Shown here: piece after piece, positions 55,174 through 64,000 of the stretch
Numbering within the stretch: the stretch's first letter is position 1
Layout of the letters: each line of letters opens with the position of its first letter
Source: Mantamonas sphyraenae STR306
Lineage: Eukaryota > Protista > CRuMs
Reading direction: 5' to 3'
Assembly (NCBI GenBank): GCA_026936335.1
Contig: JAPMXV010000012.1
Span: 124,001-188,000 of the forward strand
DNA: 64,000 nucleotides
Translations under genes and position numbers: made by a program
The notes under the pieces: generated by a model
Told to the model about the DNA's origin: nothing
Database searches by the model: none
The model's input: only the letters and a program-made list of their open reading frames with translations

Positions 55174-56605
55174 ATGTCCGCCGCACGGAACAAGTTGCAG
55201 CGCATTGTCGGCGACAAGGCACAGGTCGCTGCTCTCACCAAGAACGGAATCCTTAGCGTGCGGGTGAGTGCTCCAAACACACTGCAGGACAGTCGAGCGG
55301 GGGTGAAGCTCAGAGGGGGGGTTGATCACTCACTCACTCACACTCACGCGTGCAGGATTTGCTCAGTTGCCATGAGCAGGAACTGTTGTACATAGTGGAC
55401 CAGGATTTGGAAGAGGTGCAGGCGCTGATAGAGCGCGTGTCGGAGCGCTTCCAACCAGAGTGCAAGACGGTGAGTGTGTGCGGTGGCGATTTGTTCTTGA
55501 GAACACACAGGGACGCAAACCACTCACGCGAGGGTCTTCACAGGCGGCAGAAGTGTGGGAAGAGCACACGCGGCAGAAAGAGGAACAGGAGGAATCGTTT
55601 TACCTGTCCACAGGGGTGGCACAGCTGGACTCTGCGCTGAAAGGGGGCCTGCAAACAGGCAGCATCACAGAGATCTGCGGCGCCGCAGGCGTGGGCAAAA
55701 CTCAGTTCTGTCTGCTTATGTGCGTGCAGGCGTCGCTCCCTGTGCACATGGGCGGATTGGGGGGTGGGGCAGTGTATCTGGACACAGAGAGTCGATTCAG
55801 CACGCAAAGGCTGCTGGAGATTGCAACGGCGCGGTACGACGCACACTTCGACGAGGATGCCCTGGTGGCATTGGCCGAGGGGGTGACTGTGTTCAATCTG
55901 GGTGGGGCCACAGAGCTTCTGGAGTGTCTGGAAGGATTGCAGGAAACCATGGTGGACAAAGACGTCAAGTTGGTGGTGGTGGACAGTCTTGCCTCGCCCA
56001 TTCGCAGCGAGTACGACACAGACAGCATTGTACAGCGCACAGACAGGCTTGCAAAGCACGCTTCCAAGCTCAAGTATTTGGCAGAGACGTTCAACGTGCC
56101 CGTCCTCGTCGTCAACACCGTGGCCCGGTGGAAAGATCGCGACGGCGTGAAGCACCGCTTCCAGGAGCACGAAGATGCGGCCGAGGAGACGCAGCTTCGC
56201 GGTCAAGGCGATGCCCTGGAGCTGCAGGAGATGGTAACGGGTGCATTGGGCAACACGTGGGCTCACTGTGTCAACACACGCCTCCTGATGGAACTGCGGT
56301 CTCAAAACCGCCACCTGACCATCCTCAAGTCGCCAGTGGCTCCAGTGATTTCCATTGTTTACATTATTTCCAACGCAGGCATTCTGCTTCTGGACAACGG
56401 CCAGAGCACGTCTCACACCGGCCACACCCTGTTGCTGGACAAAGACCATGTGGAAGAGGATGATCAGGCCGTGGAGGAGGATGATCCCCTGGACGTGGAC
56501 GACAACGTGGAGATCGAGGAAGAAGATGAAGATGATGATGAGGAGGAAGAAGAGGACGAGGAGGAGGAGGAGAGGGAGCAAGAGGCCATGATGGCAGCCG
56601 GGTGA
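55174..56605 (+). CDS. RAD51B: DNA repair protein RAD51 paralog B
   Basis: join(55174..55263,55356..55469,55544..56605), both introns GTGAGT..CAG. Walker A GAAGVGKTQFC, LP..MGGL.G..VYLDTES.FS..RL.EIA, Walker B LVVVDS and ALGNTWAHCVNTRL. Confidence 0.9.
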
Positions 56606-56667
56606 GCATTCCAACACAGCAAAATTTCGAAGGGGAAACGAAAGCGAACAATGATTCCTGGATTCAT

Positions 56668-58236
56668 TCACCCATCCAGATCCAAGACCTGCACGTCGCC
56701 TCCGTCCTGAGGCTGCTGTTTGGCCAGAATCTGCTTAACCGAAGCAGTGGAGTGGACACTGCGAAGACTGTGTGAAGTGTGCAGGATGCGCGAGGCTACG
56801 CCGTGTGCACCATCCTTGGGTTTGCCCTGGGCTTCACCTGTGCCCTCCTGGTCACCATCCAGCAACCCTGCATCTGCCAATGTCTGTCGCTTGCGTGTGC
56901 GAAGCTTGAGAAGCAACTGCTTGCGGCGCCGTGCACGTTCTTGCAGCTCCTCCTGCGTCATTTCCTCGCGCTGTGCAGCTGCGTCGTCGTTCTCCTGCTC
57001 CTCGTCCACCCAACGGTCCACCTCGTTGAGATCCATGTTTTCTGTGCTCACCTCGCCCATCTCCTCGTCCAGCTTCTCCTCCTCCAGGTCGTAGATGCGC
57101 GACTTGAGCACCTCCAGCATCTGCTGGACCTCAAAGTCGTCGATGTACCGTTCGAAATCCAACCCCTCTGCAAAGTCCAACAGTTCGTCCACTTCCTCTT
57201 CCTCCAATTGTTCGTGCTGCTCCTCTGTCAGTGCCCACGCAGGCTTTGCCGCCAGCTGCTTCTTGTTGCCCTTCCCCTTGCCCTTGCTGCTGCCCTTGCT
57301 GTTCTCCTCATCCTTGCCCATGGCCTCAGCCACGCTTTGCTTCGGTTTGTACTCTTCCTGGTTCAGCGACGGATGGTCAGGTTCCGCCGCCTGCTTCAAC
57401 GCGTGGTTGATCTTTGTCGAAAACTTCTTGAACTGCGCCGCCGCCCCTGTGTCAGTGCATACATCCTCACGTGTACCGTCGTCCCACGTGCTGTTTCCCT
57501 CTTCATGGTTGATGTGATTCCCAGTCGTCTGTGGCAGGATGCCATCTGCCAAGGCCTGTGGCGAACGGAACGGGTTCATCCCGCGAGACGGATAACGGTC
57601 GGCTCACCTTCTTCGGCGCAAACTTGTTGTTGCGTTCCTCTTCTTCCTCCTTCTCCCTCGACTCCTTCACAATCTTGGAGTACTCCTTGAGTTGTTGCTT
57701 GTACTTGTTGTTGAAATTGTTCTTGCGTTTCTCTGTGTGTGTGGTGCGAGGCCAAAAAGAACGAGTCCCGGGGTCAGCCACCTCCTCAGCCTTTCTTGCT
57801 TCCGCTCTCCATGCCCATGCGACCCCAGCCGTCACCTACCCGCGCGTTCCTGCCGTGCCAGCTCCAGTGCCTCCTGGTTGGCGTTGTTCAACGGCTGGTA
57901 GAGCACAGAGCGGTCCGTGGCCACACGGGTCCGGAACGGCGCTGAGCCGCCTGACCCGGCCGCAGCCTTGGCCGGCCCTCCTCCGCCTCCCGATGCCCCT
58001 GAGGCACCTGCGCCGCCACCTCCGCCTCTGCCACCTCCGGATCCTCCTCCGACTCTGTGTGTTGTGTGTAGTGGGTGGGTGAGGGTGAGCGGTGAGCCCT
58101 GTCTGAGCAAGCAATGCCACACAACTATCTCACTCTCTCTCTCGCCTCGCATCATCCTGTGCAGCAGCAGCACGTACGCTTTAACAGCCGAGGGTCGTTC
58201 GCACAGCATCACAGATTTGTAGTTAGCGACCGACAT
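56668..58236 (-). CDS. Conserved hypothetical protein
   Basis: Phase-consistent model complement(join(56668..57555,57608..57732,57840..58054,58178..58236)). Motifs YKSVMLCERP, KPAWALTE and LLDFAEGLDFERYIDDFEV resemble an uncharacterised protist family (recollection, unverified). Confidence 0.7.
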
Positions 58237-58310
58237 GATTGTGTGATTTTTGGGGGGGACGGAAGGTGAGTGTTTGGGGGCAAGTGCGCCGTGGCAGGCA
58301 AACAGTGAGG

Positions 58311-60279
<1,969 letters not shown>

Positions 60280-60325
60280 GAGGAGAAGGGAGGACGCGAC
60301 GGGGGAGGCAAAACAAAACCAAGAA

Positions 60326-63275
60326 ATGAGTGCTCGACGTCGTTCGTTTTCGGTAGCTCCGTCGCCGTCGCGGTCGGGATTGATCCCACACAGCGAAGAG
60401 GTGTCTGAAATCAACCGTCGCATGGCCAAGTTGCTGCGGGACATCTATGCGCCTCGCAGCGGAGACCGGGAGATTGAGCTGCACACGCTGCTGAACACGA
60501 GCCCGCTGGACATCCCATCGTTGGGCAAACGCATCCGGAACCAGTGTTTGCGATCATTTGCACAGCATGGGGAGCCCAGCAGCGAGGAACGCATGCGTGT
60601 GTTTAGCGAAACGGCGCAGTTGACGGCGGCCACGGCCAGGCTCAGTGCGCACCTGAACAACACCATGTCCGACCAACAGAAGTGGGAGGTGTCAGACAAC
60701 GTGGCCACCTGTGTGGGTCGCTGGTTGGCAGACATGTGCGGGTGAGTGGAGGCCGCTGGGAGGGCTGTGGGCGGGCCAGAAAGGCAGAGGGAGGCACACA
60801 GCCCCGAAAAGGGGATGGAATGGTGTGGCAAACACGTGGCGTGTGCACAGAGACACAGGAGACAAGAACGGGTGCGGAATCGATGCTAACACACACTCAC
60901 TGGACACTCGTGGGGCCACATGCGATGCACAGGATGGACAGCGGACGTGCGGCGTACTTTTCCAGCGACCAGGAAGCAGCGCTGGAAGTGGCGCTGCTCC
61001 ATGCGCTGTTTACACGGTTCCCGGACGCAGAACAGAGCGGACTGCTGGCAGCCATGCGTGGCGAGGTGCCCACCATCTACACTACGGACGTGTATGCAAT
61101 GGGCAGTGGAGTCAACAAGGCACCCAGTCTGACGCGCGTGCTCATGAAGCTGGGCCTTTCGCCGAACCATTGTCGCATCGTGCCCTTTGCCAGCGACGTG
61201 AGTGGCGGAATGTCGATGGACATGTTGCAACTGCAAGCCATTGTGGAGGAGGACCTGAAAGCGGGGCTTTGTCCTCTGATGGTGATTTCATCGGTGGGCA
61301 CGGCTGGGTTTGAGCTGGATTTGAAGGATGATCTGCGTGCGCTGCGAGCCCTGTGCAACCACCACCAAATGTCCATGCATGTGATGGGCACTTCATTGGC
61401 TCTGTTGTTGGACCCCCAGCAGACCCAGTTGCAGGAGGAGGTCATGCTGGCCAACACTGTGTGTCTGGACATCAACCACGTGTTTGGCCTCACCAGCACA
61501 AGCACATGTGTACGTTGGGGGAGGGAGGGTGAGAGAAGGTGTGGGAAGGTGACAGCGGGTGAGGGAAGGGAGGTGGCACTGACATGGATGGGTGTGCGCA
61601 GACGTTTGTGGATCACGAGGTGGTGCCGTTTCTGGATGGTCATGACACGTTTGATGCGTTGCCGTGGTGGGTGTTTATGCAGCGTGTGGGACGAGACTAC
61701 ATGATCAACCAGGTGTCGTATGCGGTGGAGCTTGTGGCGTACCTGAAGGCTTGCCTGGAAGGCGTGTCAGACACGGTGTACGTTGAGTTTGCGGAGTCGA
61801 CGCAATCGCCACACCTGTGCTACTTTGCGTACGACCCGCTTCCTCTGTTGCGTTCGTGCATGGTGGGACGTGAGGATGTGGACAACGAGGAGAACGACCC
61901 AGAGTGGTTTCCGTCGCAGGAGATGTTGAACCAGGCCACGCGTGACATGCTGGAGCAACTGAACGCAGGTGTGGATCTGCTGAGCAATCCGTACAACTCG
62001 ATGGCATTCCATTCAGTCATGCACGAGGCGAGCGGACGGGTGCTGATCTGCTTCAGCCCGATCCCTGTGCTGGGTCTGGGCGCACAGATGAACACACACA
62101 CGGTGGATGCGTGGCTGGACGAGTTGGAACTGGCCACAGAGTTGCTGAATGCCACGTGGCTGCACGTGCCGATGATGCGTGCGTACTTTGGCTTGCAAGG
62201 GGAGGTGCAGATGCGCATCCCGGACTATCTCAACGGCAACGAGTTGCCGGAGGAGGATGAGGAAGATGAGGAGGACGAGGAGATGGAAACGGAGACCAGC
62301 ACACAGGAGGAAGAGGAGGTGAACACACACGACGAGCTGCCGCCGGCGGAAGACAGCGAGTCGCGTGCGCGAAGAGTGCGTGCGGCCGTGGAGACGGTGA
62401 CTCCTTTGGTGGAGGACACCGCACTGGTGGACGATGGCTTTGAGTGGGTGGAGGTTCCTCGCATGTGTTTGGCATCGTTCCGTCTGGTGCCGTCGTATCT
62501 GCGCGACGACGACGACGACCACGAGGTGGAAGGGGAGCAGGTAGACGGAGGGAGGGGCAAGAGCAGCAATGGCATGCAGACAGGCAATGAGGAAGCGCAG
62601 CAGACGACGATGAAACGCAGCAGCAGCAGGACAGGCAAGCAGCGACGCAAGAGCAGCGCGAGCAAGGAGCTGGACACTGTGAACGAGATGCTTGCAGCGG
62701 CGTTGGGTGCAAAGGAGCCGCTGTGTGTGATGGACCGCAGCGTGGATGGCAACGTGTGTGTGGTTGTGGAAAGTGATAAGGACGAGGTGTGGGCCATCGA
62801 CAGGGTGCGCACGCTTGTGGGGTTGTTGCGACAGGAGGCCGAGGGATTGGAGCTGACGCAGCGCATCTTTGAGGACCTGAGCGACGTGTTGGTCAAGTCG
62901 ATCCAGGAGGCAAAGAAGGAGCTGGCGGAGGAGAAGCTGCAGAAGCAGATGAGCAACCCAGTGTCGATGGTGCCGCTTGTGGGCCCCATGCTGTCTTGGT
63001 TGACCACAGGCAAGGATGACAAGCAGCCAACCACCCTGGCTGGACGCACCTTTGACATCCGCAGCAAGAGCCTGGGACGCAGTGCACCCAAGCGCAGGGT
63101 GTTGCCCACAGTTCCCGAGAACGTGGCAACGAGCAGCAGCAGTGGCAGTAGCAGTAGCAGTGTGGGCATTCCAGACTCGCCAGTGCCGAAACTGATGGTC
63201 AGTGTGCACGAAAGTGACGACGAGACGGATGAGGTGACGGCAGCGCCGTTGGAGGATCAGCCTGCAGCCGAATGA
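60326..63275 (+). CDS. PDXDC1: Pyridoxal-dependent decarboxylase domain-containing protein 1-like
   Basis: join(60326..60741,60933..61509,61602..63275), phase-consistent GT-AG introns. Motifs P.IY, LGL, MDMLQLQAIVEEDLKAGLCPLMVISSVGT, MHVMG.SLA and C-terminal VPLVGPMLSW...GRTFDI resemble PDXDC1. Confidence 0.8.
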
Positions 63276-63327
63276 CGATGATGATGATCAGCATTAGCAC
63301 AAGAAGAATGAAAAGGACAATGCACAT

Positions 63328-64000
63328 TCATTTGGCATTGGTGGCAACGTCCAGGATGCCGTGTTGGAACGCAAGAGACTCGATGCAATGTTCGTTCAGG
63401 CGAGTGCGAGCGTGCATGGGATCCGTGTGCTCGTTGTGGTCGTCGTCGTCGTTTCTGTTGCCATTTGCACCTGAGTTGCCCTCCTCGGCCTCTCGAAGGG
63501 TGGGATGGGCGTTGAAAAAGCTGGTGCGCTCTTCGGTGCGGCAGATGACCTCAAAGGTTTGGTTCTGGGCGTGTGGAAAGACGTGGGCGAGGAGGTGATG
63601 GACTGCATGGGGCATGAGGAAGCCCTGGAGCTCGAGGGCATAGACACGCTGGATGGGTGAGGATGAGAGGGCTGTGGGAGCAAAGGCACTGGTGCTGCTG
63701 GCCGTGTTTGTGCGTTTGAGCTCCGAATTGGAAACGATGGTTGCGCGGCGCATGCTTGCGTTTTCAAAGGCGTGGGGAGACCAAAGCATGGGCACATCCT
63801 GTTTGGGGTCATACTCCCAATTGAGGAGGAGATCAAAGAGTCCTGTGACCTGGTCGGTGCCGTGGAAGAAGCACATGGTGCGGCGCTTTGCGGTTTCGCC
63901 GCGCTTGCGTGTCTGTGGGATGACACGGCCGGTGGTGTTGGGTGCGGTGTCGTAGGCACGAAAGTGGACGCCGAGTTGGTTCTGCAGATGGTCTTGCATG
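63328..64000 (-). CDS. DONSON: DONSON (downstream neighbor of Son) family replication factor, 5' partial
   Basis: FHG..QVTGLFDLLLN...VPMLWSPHAFENASM...YALELQGFLMPHAVH...T..RTSFFN matches the DONSON C-terminal pattern. Confidence 0.75.
   Translation of the reverse strand, partial: MQDHLQNQLGVHFRAYDTAPNTTGRVIPQTRKRGETAKRRTMCFFHGTDQVTGLFDLLLNWEYDPKQDVPMLWSPHAFENASMRRATIVSNSELKRTNTASSTSAFAPTALSSSPIQRVYALELQGFLMPHAVHHLLAHVFPHAQNQTFEVICRTEERTSFFNAHPTLREAEEGNSGANGNRNDDDDHNEHTDPMHARTRLNEHCIESLAFQHGILDVATNAK

Overview
Eukaryotic (protist-like) genomic DNA: GC-rich, very gene-dense, with few short GT-AG introns. The organism cannot be named from sequence alone. Bases 1-23096 encode one giant surface membrane protein (>7,600 aa, N-terminus outside the window), broken by six small indels that are probably consensus errors. 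Its order is filamin/Ig-like repeats with two inserted LamG domains, IPT, discoidin-like, a second Ig-like array, Cys-rich, ~9-10 TM, and two cytoplasmic RGS-like domains. Next come an LRR protein, a thioredoxin-fold protein, a DENN-IQ protein ending in a NACK_C/DUF3490-like domain, a CAX Ca2+/H+ exchanger and ATG17. The standout is a 5.8-kb element (32880-38705) with TA target-site duplications and imperfect CAG-starting terminal inverted repeats, inserted between the convergent ATG17 and VPS13 stop codons. It carries one ~1,820-1,870 aa ORF whose C-terminus is an intact Fanzor/TnpB-type RuvC plus zinc finger, followed by a structured 143-nt candidate omegaRNA region. This looks like an unusually giant Fanzor-like RNA-guided nuclease. 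The rest of the window holds VPS13B-like, BRWD/PHIP-like, RAD51B, a conserved hypothetical, katanin p60, PDXDC1-like and a partial DONSON gene. All family assignments come from motif recognition by eye; no searches were run.
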